In this document: one piece after another, positions 16,350-24,820 of the stretch
How the letters are laid out: the number at the start of each line of letters is the position of its first letter
Position numbering within the stretch: the stretch's first letter is position 1
Assembly (NCBI GenBank): GCA_010027485.1
Contig: RGVC01000001.1
Span: forward strand, 1-39,778
Direction of reading: 5' to 3'
Source of the DNA: a bacterium
GTDB lineage: Bacteria > Patescibacteriota > Saccharimonadia > Saccharimonadales > UBA4665
Length of the DNA stretch: 39,778 nt
Made by a program: the position numbers and the translations under genes
Notes under the pieces: model-generated
The model's input: only the letters and a program-made list of their open reading frames with translations
What the model was told of the DNA's origin: nothing
Databases searched by the model: none

Positions 16350-17591
16350 TTATTTATCAAGTGGCTTTGCAGTCGGTTTAATAGTATTAGGAGAGTTCAA
16401 ATCCGCGGCTTGCTGTGAGCTAAGCCTGGGTAGGTTTATGAAGAAGGTGCTACCTTTGTCGACTTCACTTTCGACCCAAATGCGCCCTTTGTATAGCTCA
16501 ATAATTTTTTTACATATAAAAAGGCCCAGGCCTGAACCGCCGATTGTACGTGTGGCCGTGCTATCAACGCGATAGAATTTTTGAAAAAGATGGCTAGCAT
16601 CTCCTTCAGGAATGCCGACTCCAGTATCCTTAATGTAAAATTGCACAACCTTGTCGTTACCGGTTAGTCCTATGGTGATCTTACCCTGATTTGTGTACTT
16701 CATGGCGTTATCATAGATGTTATTTATAACCTGTTCTATGCGTTCGGGGTCAGCATAGACATAATAAAAAGGTTTAAGCATTTGACCATTCTCAGATGTA
16801 GCATTTATTAGAGTGCTAGAGCCAATAACAAATTCAGTCAGCAGATTCTTTTTTTGACCAATAATCTTGAGGCCATCGGTTAGTTTTTCCAGTGTTTCAC
16901 CCATATCAATTACTACCGGATTGTCTACCAGGCTTCCATCCTCAGCCCGTGTACTGGTCAATAAGTCTTGGAATAATTTACCAAGATGACGAGTCGAAGC
17001 ATAAGCTTTGTCAATAAAGCCTCTGGCTTTTTCATCTATGGTGGCTACTTTTTCATTTAGTGCTAGCGATAAATACCCTTCTATTTCTGCAACTGGTGTA
17101 CGCATTTCGTGGCTAGCGGTACTGACGAAATCTTTTCTTTGTTGGTCCTGTGCTCTTTCTTGAGTTACGTCACGAAAAACAGCTACGGCTGCAGTTGTAG
17201 CGCCTGCTTCATTTATAATCGGCGATAGGCTCAAACTAACTGCGACCTGAGACTTGCTTCGAGACATTATGTAGTCCTCGTTGTCTCTTATAGGATTGTT
17301 AGACTTGAGAATTTTCATTAATGGATTATCGGCGTCTGCATAAGCTTCACCCTTACCATTTACTAGCTGAACAACCTGTTTAACGTTTATTCCTACTGCA
17401 TCTTTGGTATTCCAGCCAGTTATTTTTTCTGCCGAAGGACTAAGCAGCTTGAGTGTGCCTTGGCTATCAAAAAGTACCACTCCATCTTCGATATTTTGAA
17501 TGATAATTTCGAAGGGTTTTTGATCCATAGCAAGATCACCTGCTGGAGCAGACTGTGAATCTATTTTTTTCTTTTTATTAAATCCAAACAT
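16350..17591 (-). CDS. Cytoplasmic PAS-domain sensor histidine kinase
   Basis: PAS domain, H box SHEMRTP, N box NAMKYT, G1 DTGVGI, F box LFQKFYR and G2 GSGLGL; no TM helix. Start placed at the ATG at 17591 (the ORF extends to 17624). Confidence 0.92.
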   Translation of the reverse strand: MFGFNKKKKIDSQSAPAGDLAMDQKPFEIIIQNIEDGVVLFDSQGTLKLLSPSAEKITGWNTKDAVGINVKQVVQLVNGKGEAYADADNPLMKILKSNNPIRDNEDYIMSRSKSQVAVSLSLSPIINEAGATTAAVAVFRDVTQERAQDQQRKDFVSTASHEMRTPVAEIEGYLSLALNEKVATIDEKARGFIDKAYASTRHLGKLFQDLLTSTRAEDGSLVDNPVVIDMGETLEKLTDGLKIIGQKKNLLTEFVIGSSTLINATSENGQMLKPFYYVYADPERIEQVINNIYDNAMKYTNQGKITIGLTGNDKVVQFYIKDTGVGIPEGDASHLFQKFYRVDSTATRTIGGSGLGLFICKKIIELYKGRIWVESEVDKGSTFFINLPRLSSQQAADLNSPNTIKPTAKPLDK

Positions 17592-17695
17592 GATAAATGA
17601 TTTAGGCCCACCAATATTTATCAACTATTAAAAGACCTAATAATATTATCGCTGTTATCTGCAGTTTATGCAACGCTTATGCTTGCTGGCCAATC

Positions 17696-17724
17696 TAGAC
17701 GACAATTAACAGATATGATAAGAT
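17696..17724 (+). promoter_or_regulatory. Promoter for tRNA-Glu
   Basis: TAGACG, 17-nt spacer, TAAGAT with an extended TGn. Confidence 0.55.
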
Positions 17725-17748
17725 AACGCGGCTATATTTCAACAGCAT

Positions 17749-17823
17749 GGCCTCATCGTCTAACGGTTAGGACACCAGGTTCTCATCCTGGCAATCGGGG
17801 TTCGATTCCCCGTGAGGTCACCA
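17749..17823 (+). tRNA. tRNA-Glu(CTC)
   Basis: Acceptor GGCCTCA/TGAGGTC, anticodon arm CCAGG-TTCTCAT-CCTGG, T arm CGGGG-TTCGATT-CCCCG, encoded CCA. Confidence 0.97.
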
Positions 17824-17860
17824 AGTAATAAGTCCACCAATCGGTGGACTTATTACTTGG
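17821..17860. terminator. 18-bp perfect inverted repeat overlapping the tRNA CCA (terminator-like hairpin)
   Basis: CCAAGTAATAAGTCCACC-AATC-GGTGGACTTATTACTTGG. Confidence 0.75.
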
Positions 17861-17892
17861 ATATAGCTCAAGTCGAATCGAAAACCGTCAAA

Positions 17893-18003
17893 GGGGTTCG
17901 ATAATCGAGGGCTATCGCAGGTGCTCGCACCGAGAAAGGCCGAAGATTATACAAAGTATTCCCCATGAGGTCACCATAACTAATTTACCAGCCGGTGGAT
18001 TTT
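17893..18003 (+). repeat. Split duplicate of the tRNA-Glu 3' end with a degenerate copy of the downstream hairpin
   Basis: GGGGTTCG (17893-17900), 57-nt insert, ATTCCCCATGAGGTCACCA (17958-17976; 18/19 to 17805-17823), then AATTTACC-AGCC-GGTGGATT. Confidence 0.8.
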
Positions 18004-18681
18004 TTAATTTAGGGGTTTGAAGGTGTAGCCTTTTTTGGATAGGGCTTCTACTGTGAGTTTGAGGGCTTCGACGGTTTGGCGGCGGTTGGCGCCTTTGGAG
18101 TTGTAGCCGTCGTGGAAGATTATGATTTGGCCAGGTTGGGCTTTTTTGATTGCACCTTCGGCAATTTGTTGGGCGTCTATTTTAAAAACCTCTAATGAGT
18201 GGCAGAAGACTCCAGATACTGGTTTCAGCCCGAATTTTTTAATGCTACGTAGCAGTATTGGGTTTCTAAAAAGCCATGGGGGTCTGAAAAGTTTAGGTTC
18301 TTCGCCAGTTATTCTTTTGATGATTGCTTGATTGTCTTGTATCTCTTTTTGCATGGCTGGAGTTTTAACGTAGTTAAAAAATTTATGAGACTTTGTGTGA
18401 TTACCAATCGAGTGCCCGGAGTCGTGTATTTTTTTGATTGTTTTAGGGTATTTATTCGCACACTCACCTACTACAAAGAAAGTGGCTTTGATTTTTTTGG
18501 AGTTCAGGTAGTCGATAATTTCGGATGTGTAAGGTTCGTTGGGTCCATCGTCGAAGGTCAAGTAAATAATCTTTTCATCAGTTTTTATTCTACTTGGAAA
18601 TTTGCCAAATAACTGAGAGCTAGGCGACATAAAAAGATAATAAAGAGCTAGTAATACTGCAATTAATATTAAGTAAATCAT
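18004..18681 (-). CDS. Polysaccharide deacetylase (CE4/NodB family) with an N-terminal anchor
   Basis: LTFDDGP, GNHTKSH, FRPP and IIFHDG motifs. Confidence 0.94.
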   Translation of the reverse strand: MIYLILIAVLLALYYLFMSPSSQLFGKFPSRIKTDEKIIYLTFDDGPNEPYTSEIIDYLNSKKIKATFFVVGECANKYPKTIKKIHDSGHSIGNHTKSHKFFNYVKTPAMQKEIQDNQAIIKRITGEEPKLFRPPWLFRNPILLRSIKKFGLKPVSGVFCHSLEVFKIDAQQIAEGAIKKAQPGQIIIFHDGYNSKGANRRQTVEALKLTVEALSKKGYTFKPLN

Positions 18682-19514
18682 CGGCTTTTTTTGGCTGCGC
18701 TTTGCCTATATTCGTTGGCTCGATCAGAAATAATCTTGGCGCTAGATTTTATGTTTTTAGGAATTTTAAATAAAACGTTTTCTCTATAAGCTGGAGCTGA
18801 GCCAATAATTTCTCTTTTGAAGATACGATTGACATAGTATGCCAATAAATAATAGTAGCCAAAAGTGACAAACAAGTTATACCAAAGGCCGTGGTCTAGT
18901 CTTCTGGAAGAAGTATAAACGAAGTAGTTATTGCTAAAAATAATTTTGCCTTTTTTGCGTAATTTTCTGAGTAAATCAAGTTCGTCTCCGCCCTGTGGCA
19001 GTTCGGTATTATATTTTGTCCAGGTATTTTTCTTGAAGGCAGTATTGGTTGCCGTAATGTAAAATGTGAAACCAGTTAGCTTATAAAGAATGTAGACTGC
19101 TCCAAATAGTAAATGAGGGTAATATTCCCCCCACCACGGAGCATCAACAAACCTACAGGGTGCACAAGCAGCTACAGCATTAGGATTTTTTATAAACCTT
19201 GAATCGATATTAGCAAGCCAGTTTTTATCAAATGTAGTGTCGGCGTCTGTTGAGATTATGATTTCTCCATTTGAGGCTTCGGTTCCTGCTTGTCTTGCCC
19301 AGCAAACACCAGGCCTAGACTCTTTTACTATTTTGGCCCCGTATTTTTTGGCTATGGTAGCCGTGTTATCGGTAGAATTATTGTCCACAACTATAACTTC
19401 AAAATCACCCGTAAAATCTTGCTGATTGATTGATTTTAGGGTTTTAGCTATATATTTTTCTTCGTTGTAGCATGGGATAACAATACTAAATCGCACTGCT
19501 CTCGTGTTGGGCAT
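18678..19514 (-). CDS. Glycosyltransferase family 2
   Basis: SIVIPCYNEE, VVDNNSTDNT, TDAD and TSSRR motifs; overlaps the deacetylase start. Confidence 0.93.
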   Translation of the reverse strand: MPNTRAVRFSIVIPCYNEEKYIAKTLKSINQQDFTGDFEVIVVDNNSTDNTATIAKKYGAKIVKESRPGVCWARQAGTEASNGEIIISTDADTTFDKNWLANIDSRFIKNPNAVAACAPCRFVDAPWWGEYYPHLLFGAVYILYKLTGFTFYITATNTAFKKNTWTKYNTELPQGGDELDLLRKLRKKGKIIFSNNYFVYTSSRRLDHGLWYNLFVTFGYYYLLAYYVNRIFKREIIGSAPAYRENVLFKIPKNIKSSAKIISDRANEYRQSAAKKSR

Positions 19515-19548
19515 TATATTATTTTATCAAATATCAAGTTATTTTGTG

Positions 19549-20790
19549 TTACGGAGAATATTTAATCTTTGTATTGTCGCTTAGTGCAGTAATCCAGGTC
19601 TTGCCAGGATTGAGTTTGATAGGCTGATCTTTATCGTCTTTAAAAGTGAATTGATCTTGGTTATTTTCTTTTGTCCAAGCACCAATTGTAACTTTGCCGT
19701 CTTGGAATATGTAGGCCTGTCCTGTACCAAGAGTTTCGTAGACTGAGTGTTTTCGATCAGACTCTAAAGAGTAAGGCATTACAAGGCCTATTACAACTTG
19801 GGGATTAATTTGTTTATTAACCAAAGCGTCCGTATGGGGTTGCCCGCCTTCACTGCGTTTATAGCTATTAGATTTGGCATCATATATATAGTTGACGTTG
19901 AATATTGCAGACGATATTGCGAAATCAATATTTTTAGCAGTCGGCACTTTGGCTGGTGCTGGTTTTTTGCGTTCTAAACTTGTGAAGCTACTTGTCCCCC
20001 ACCCTTTAGAGTCAGCCAATGCGCTAAGACTGGCATAACTGCTGTAGACATTGTGTGGTGCAATTTTGGTGTTGACTCGTCTGTAACTATTGCCGTTAGC
20101 GAATTGATCTAAATCTCGGACTTGCCAATTTTTAATATCATTCAATGCAGTTGGACTACCACCAACATGAGCGTAGCTGGCGTCGAAGCCCAGTAGCCAC
20201 TGAGCGTAATATGGCCTTGCGCTCCTTATGGGTCCAATGTCTTCAGGCTGAGTATCTTGAAATAATGCTAGAAAACGAGTTATGCCGCCTTCTGCAATGG
20301 CTTCAAACACTACACTGGCGTCATATAATCCACTCTGCGGTCTGGCGTCTTGGCTGTTTTCTATCATTACGCCTATAACGGGTCGTTTGTTGACTGCTGG
20401 CTCGACCATTAGTCCGCTTAAGTTAGAAGCAACTTTTGTTGATTTGGCATGCACAGGCAACTTGACTGGCTCTTTTTTTACGAACTTCATATAAGCAAAA
20501 TAGCTTCCGAGGGCTAGTAACAATATCAATAAGATTGTCAGGGCCCACTCTTTTTTATTTTTAGGCCAACGTAAGTTAAACTTCTTCTTTTTCTTAGGTT
20601 TTTTCTTGAGCACATCATCTCCTATTGGTGAATTAATTTCGGCTTCGTCAAGTGCCGCCATTTGATCTGGCGTAAGAAAGCTTTCAGCATCGGATAATTC
20701 TAGAGTGTCTTCAATAGGCTCGGTAGTTGCTTCGACTTTTGGAATGATTTTTTTTGGTGCTTTTTTGCGAGGCTTAACATCATCAATCAT
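19549..20790 (-). CDS. DUF3048 (YerB-like) membrane-anchored protein
   Basis: VMIENSQDARPQSGL, EGGITRF, GPIRSARPY and APHNVY motifs after a single TM helix. Confidence 0.85.
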   Translation of the reverse strand: MIDDVKPRKKAPKKIIPKVEATTEPIEDTLELSDAESFLTPDQMAALDEAEINSPIGDDVLKKKPKKKKKFNLRWPKNKKEWALTILLILLLALGSYFAYMKFVKKEPVKLPVHAKSTKVASNLSGLMVEPAVNKRPVIGVMIENSQDARPQSGLYDASVVFEAIAEGGITRFLALFQDTQPEDIGPIRSARPYYAQWLLGFDASYAHVGGSPTALNDIKNWQVRDLDQFANGNSYRRVNTKIAPHNVYSSYASLSALADSKGWGTSSFTSLERKKPAPAKVPTAKNIDFAISSAIFNVNYIYDAKSNSYKRSEGGQPHTDALVNKQINPQVVIGLVMPYSLESDRKHSVYETLGTGQAYIFQDGKVTIGAWTKENNQDQFTFKDDKDQPIKLNPGKTWITALSDNTKIKYSP

Positions 20791-20822
20791 TCAACTATTA
20801 TAACAATGCTTATGCATAAGGT

Positions 20823-22265
20823 CTAACCTATTGCATTTAGCTGCTCATTTATGCGTTTTAGGCACTTGTCTTTACCCAGCAAAGACATAGTTTCGGCAAG
20901 CCCTGGGCTGGCTGGACTCTGAGTAGTAGCTATCCTTATCAGACTGAATAGAACAACTGGCTTTTGCTCTGTTGTTGCTAGCAGTTCATTAAGACTTGCC
21001 TGTAATTTATCGGTCTCAAAATCTGTCGACTCTATTTTAGCTAGCGCAGTTTGCAGTAGTTGGGTTAATTCTTGAGTAGGCATTTTGCCAAGCTGTTTGT
21101 GGCCACTTAGAAGTTCTGGATTGAGCGGCAAATCAAAAAAGAAAAAGTCAGTGAGTTCTGGTAGTTCTTCAAAAAATTTTAGCCTTTCTTGTACAAGAGT
21201 AAGCACTCTTTTCTTGTAGTCATCATTATCTAGTTTTTCTGGTATGTTTTTCGGCCAGTAGCTAGCAACTTTTTCATATAGGGTATCGATGTCTAGCTCT
21301 CTGATGTGGGCTCCATTGAGCCACAACAGGCGACGTTCATCAAAATGAGCATTACTATTTTGCACTTTATCTAGACTAAATTTATCTATAATTTCTGGCA
21401 CACTGTAAACTTCTTGTTCAGTACCATCGTTCCACCCAAGACTAGCCAGAAAATTAATCATGGCATCTTTCAGATAGCCTTCTTTTTGATAATTTAAAAT
21501 GTCTTTAGCGCCATCTCTTTTTGAAAGTTTCTTGTTGCCAGTAGGGTTTAAGATGTGAGGCATTGTAGCAAAAACTGGTTTTTCAAAACCCAAGGCCTCA
21601 TAAAGATTTAAATAATTAGGCATACTTGCCAAAAATTCTTGCCCGCGAATTACATGGCTTATTTGCATTTCATGGTCGTCAACAATATGAGCGAAGTTAT
21701 ATGTCGGGAAACCATCCGATTTGATTAAAATAAAATCATCTATTACTTCTGGTCCTGCATGCATGTCGCCCATAACTTCATCATGCCAGTTAATTGTTTC
21801 GTTGCCCGGCTCAGACTTGAACCTTAGAGGCGTTGTGCCGTCCCATGGTTTCGGATTATCTGGTCGATGGTTGCGATACAGGAATGCCTGTTTATTGGCT
21901 CTAGCCTGATCTCTAAAAGATTGAACTTCCTCGGCGCTGTAGGGATCGGCATAGGCCCTGCCCGCTTGAATTAATTTATCAGCCCATCTTTTATAAATGT
22001 CGAGTCTCTGACTTTGAACGTAAGGGCCATAGTCGCCACCGGTTCCAGGTCCTTCGTCCCATTCTATCCCCAGCCAACGGAGACTGTCTTGGATGTGTTC
22101 AATACTACCACTTACCTCTCTGGTTTGATCAGTGTCTTCAATGCGCAATATAAACTTGCCATTATTTTGTTTAGCCACTAGCCATGCAAAAAGTGCAGTT
22201 CTAATTCCGCCAACATGAATAAATCCAGTTGGACTTGGCGCAAAACGTGTTCTAATGGCTTTCAT
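20823..22265 (-). CDS. gltX: Glutamate--tRNA ligase
   Basis: RFAPSPTG-HVGG, LRIEDTD, HVIRG and KLSKR motifs. Confidence 0.97.
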   Translation of the reverse strand: MKAIRTRFAPSPTGFIHVGGIRTALFAWLVAKQNNGKFILRIEDTDQTREVSGSIEHIQDSLRWLGIEWDEGPGTGGDYGPYVQSQRLDIYKRWADKLIQAGRAYADPYSAEEVQSFRDQARANKQAFLYRNHRPDNPKPWDGTTPLRFKSEPGNETINWHDEVMGDMHAGPEVIDDFILIKSDGFPTYNFAHIVDDHEMQISHVIRGQEFLASMPNYLNLYEALGFEKPVFATMPHILNPTGNKKLSKRDGAKDILNYQKEGYLKDAMINFLASLGWNDGTEQEVYSVPEIIDKFSLDKVQNSNAHFDERRLLWLNGAHIRELDIDTLYEKVASYWPKNIPEKLDNDDYKKRVLTLVQERLKFFEELPELTDFFFFDLPLNPELLSGHKQLGKMPTQELTQLLQTALAKIESTDFETDKLQASLNELLATTEQKPVVLFSLIRIATTQSPASPGLAETMSLLGKDKCLKRINEQLNAIG

Positions 22266-22298
22266 TAAAGTAATTATAAGAGAAGTTGCCGATAGTTG

Positions 22299-23255
22299 CT
22301 ATAGACTGTCGACTATTTGCGTAATTTGACGATTAGATAAAGTGCCTTTGGAGTATATCTCGTATTGAACGCCATTGTTCATCCAGGTAGCGTTACCGTT
22401 GCTATCAATGAATACATTGTAGCCTCCAGGGGTAACGATTTGATTACTGTCTGTCGATGCAGCTAGTACACCACTAAGAGTCTCATTGTTCCAATTGCTT
22501 AATTTCTGATTGATAGTAAATTTACGATCATCGCTGTTGCTTTTATACACCAAACTGGCGTTACCAGCATCAGAATTGATTTTTTGTAATGAAAAACCTG
22601 CTGGACGATAGCTCGGTTTTGCTATGTTGAAACCAGCCTTATTTGAGGCTATTTTGAGCTCAGCATGAGGCACTAAACTGACTGCCAGAATGGCTATTAT
22701 TGCTATGCCTGCGACTATCAAACTAGTTTTAGTTCCAAGAATTTTAAAAGATTTTTGACTATTAGGCTCGTAAGTATTTTCATGAGCATTAGCACGAGCT
22801 ATGGCGTGCATCAATAAGTCCTCGGTTGTTCTCGGCTGTTTTTTTAGCTTTTGAGGGGGTTGTTCGTTTTGTATTGGCGCTGGTTGCTGGTAATTAGAGG
22901 CTAACGGGGAAAATTTACTAACTTTGTCGTGTTTTAATGTTTGAGTGGCAGAATGTAGACGTGTTTCATTGATGCTTTGTGCTGATAATTTTTTTTGCAA
23001 TGTATTTTGTTTTGCTATAGGGAGGCTTTTATTAAAATTAGTAGTTTTTTGAGTATTAGAAGGTTTTTTAACAGCTTTACGCATAAGAGTCTTAGATTGT
23101 TGTCTTTTGTGGGCGTCTAGATGCCTTGCCTGCTCTCGGGCCTGTTTAATTCGAGCCTCAACAACGGTTTTTTCTATTTTGGGACCACTGATTAATTCAC
23201 CCGTTAGGGAGTCATAAAAGCTGTTATTGATTTTTAGGATATTTTTCTGTGTCAC
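22299..23255 (-). CDS. Single-pass membrane protein with a C-terminal DUF4367-like domain
   Basis: Basic/disordered N-terminus, TM helix, PSYRPAGF and ATWMNNGVQYEI motifs; GTG start. Confidence 0.65.
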   Translation of the reverse strand: MTQKNILKINNSFYDSLTGELISGPKIEKTVVEARIKQAREQARHLDAHKRQQSKTLMRKAVKKPSNTQKTTNFNKSLPIAKQNTLQKKLSAQSINETRLHSATQTLKHDKVSKFSPLASNYQQPAPIQNEQPPQKLKKQPRTTEDLLMHAIARANAHENTYEPNSQKSFKILGTKTSLIVAGIAIIAILAVSLVPHAELKIASNKAGFNIAKPSYRPAGFSLQKINSDAGNASLVYKSNSDDRKFTINQKLSNWNNETLSGVLAASTDSNQIVTPGGYNVFIDSNGNATWMNNGVQYEIYSKGTLSNRQITQIVDSL

Positions 23256-23344
23256 GGTTTTATATTTTTAATGCTTATTTATAGTTTAATCTTAAACATT
23301 ATTGCAGATAAGAGCAAGTACCCCCATAATATAAAAGGTTAAAT

Positions 23345-24820
23345 ATGGATTATTTAGACCCTCATAAACAAGCCAGAGAAAACGTCCTGCTTATAGTAGG
23401 TTATTTCTTGATTGGCATAGCCGTACTAATCGGTACTTTCGTGCTTGTTTACCAAGCTTATGGTTTTGGATTTTCGAAAAATGGTCAAGTTGTTCAAAGT
23501 GGTTTGGTATTTTTCGCCTCAAAGCCTAATCCAGCTAAAATTTATTTGAACGGAACTCTAAACAACAACCAAACTAATTCGCGTATTGTGCTTGAAGAGA
23601 ATATTTATAATGTCGTTTTGAAGCGTCAAGGCTATCGTGACTGGAAAAGAACTATCGAAGTAGACGGCGGTAGCGTGAGACATTATGACTACCCTTTTCT
23701 TTTCCCCTCAAAATTACAGACTAATAATCTTCATGCTATTAGCGGTGCTCCAAGTATTATTACCCAATCCCCTGATAGGCGTTGGCTTTTAGTGCAATTG
23801 CCCGGGAATATTCCTAAATTTTCGATGTATGATCTTAAGAATCCCAAAGATCCAGCAGTTGAGATTGCCCTGCCAGCGACTTCATATACTAAGGCCATTG
23901 GCGCTGACACTTGGGAGCTTAGTGAATGGGCTGACGACAATAATCATTTAGTTCTAATTCATAATTTCAATAATAAAAAAGAATATGTTTTAGTAGATCG
24001 CAAGGACACCGCCCAGTCAGCGAATTTAACTAGTGTAATAACCAATAAATTCACAGAGCTATCTTTAATCAACAAAAAATACGATAAATACTATCTATAT
24101 GACGCCGTTTCTCTTAGTCTAAAAAAAGCATCACTATCTAGTCCGGCTCCACTGACTGTACTAGATAAGGTCTATGCTTTTAAGTCTTATGGTAACGATG
24201 ACCTGATTTACGTTACTGATTCTGTGACTGAGCCAGGCAAGGTTCAATATGTTTTGAAAATTGGCGACAAGTCTCACGTGCTTAAAAATGCCGCAAGCGA
24301 CAGTAAGTATCTTGTCGATTTAACAGAGTATAGCAGTAAGCTTTACGTGGTCATTGGCTCAGTTAATAGTAATCGTCTATACGTCTTCAAAGATCCGGTG
24401 GCACAACTTGGCAGTACAAATAAGAATTCTTTAGCGCCCGTGCAGGTTTTGCATGTTGTAAAACCAAATTATGTTAAATTTTCAGCCACTGCGCAGTTTG
24501 TGATGGCCGAGAATGGCAATAAATTCGCCCTTTATGACGCTGAAAACAATAAAGGCTACAACTTTATTACAAAACAGCCGCTAGACACGCCTCAAGATCA
24601 CGCTAGTTGGATGGATGGTAATCGCCTGATGTACGTCAGCCAAGGCAAATTATTCGTATTTGATTACGATTACAACAATCAACAGCTACTAAGTCCTGCC
24701 CTAAGCAACTATTTGCCGGCTTTCTCTAGCGATTTTAAGTATCTATACACAATAATCAATACTAGTAATTCTGGCCTGTACTTTTCTCAGACTCCTATGC
24801 TTACAAAGGCCGATCAGTAG
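23345..24820 (+). CDS. Membrane-anchored PEGA-domain protein with a probable beta-propeller
   Basis: N-terminal TM helix, SKPNPAKIYLNG...KRQGYRDWKR PEGA pattern, and SPDRR / FSSDFK propeller-like blades. Confidence 0.7.
   Translation: MDYLDPHKQARENVLLIVGYFLIGIAVLIGTFVLVYQAYGFGFSKNGQVVQSGLVFFASKPNPAKIYLNGTLNNNQTNSRIVLEENIYNVVLKRQGYRDWKRTIEVDGGSVRHYDYPFLFPSKLQTNNLHAISGAPSIITQSPDRRWLLVQLPGNIPKFSMYDLKNPKDPAVEIALPATSYTKAIGADTWELSEWADDNNHLVLIHNFNNKKEYVLVDRKDTAQSANLTSVITNKFTELSLINKKYDKYYLYDAVSLSLKKASLSSPAPLTVLDKVYAFKSYGNDDLIYVTDSVTEPGKVQYVLKIGDKSHVLKNAASDSKYLVDLTEYSSKLYVVIGSVNSNRLYVFKDPVAQLGSTNKNSLAPVQVLHVVKPNYVKFSATAQFVMAENGNKFALYDAENNKGYNFITKQPLDTPQDHASWMDGNRLMYVSQGKLFVFDYDYNNQQLLSPALSNYLPAFSSDFKYLYTIINTSNSGLYFSQTPMLTKADQ

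Noticed and set aside
18004..19514. Deacetylase/GT2 pair as cargo of a tRNA-Glu genomic island
   Set aside because: Both genes lie outside the duplicated tRNA ends, and there is no integrase or further att copy.
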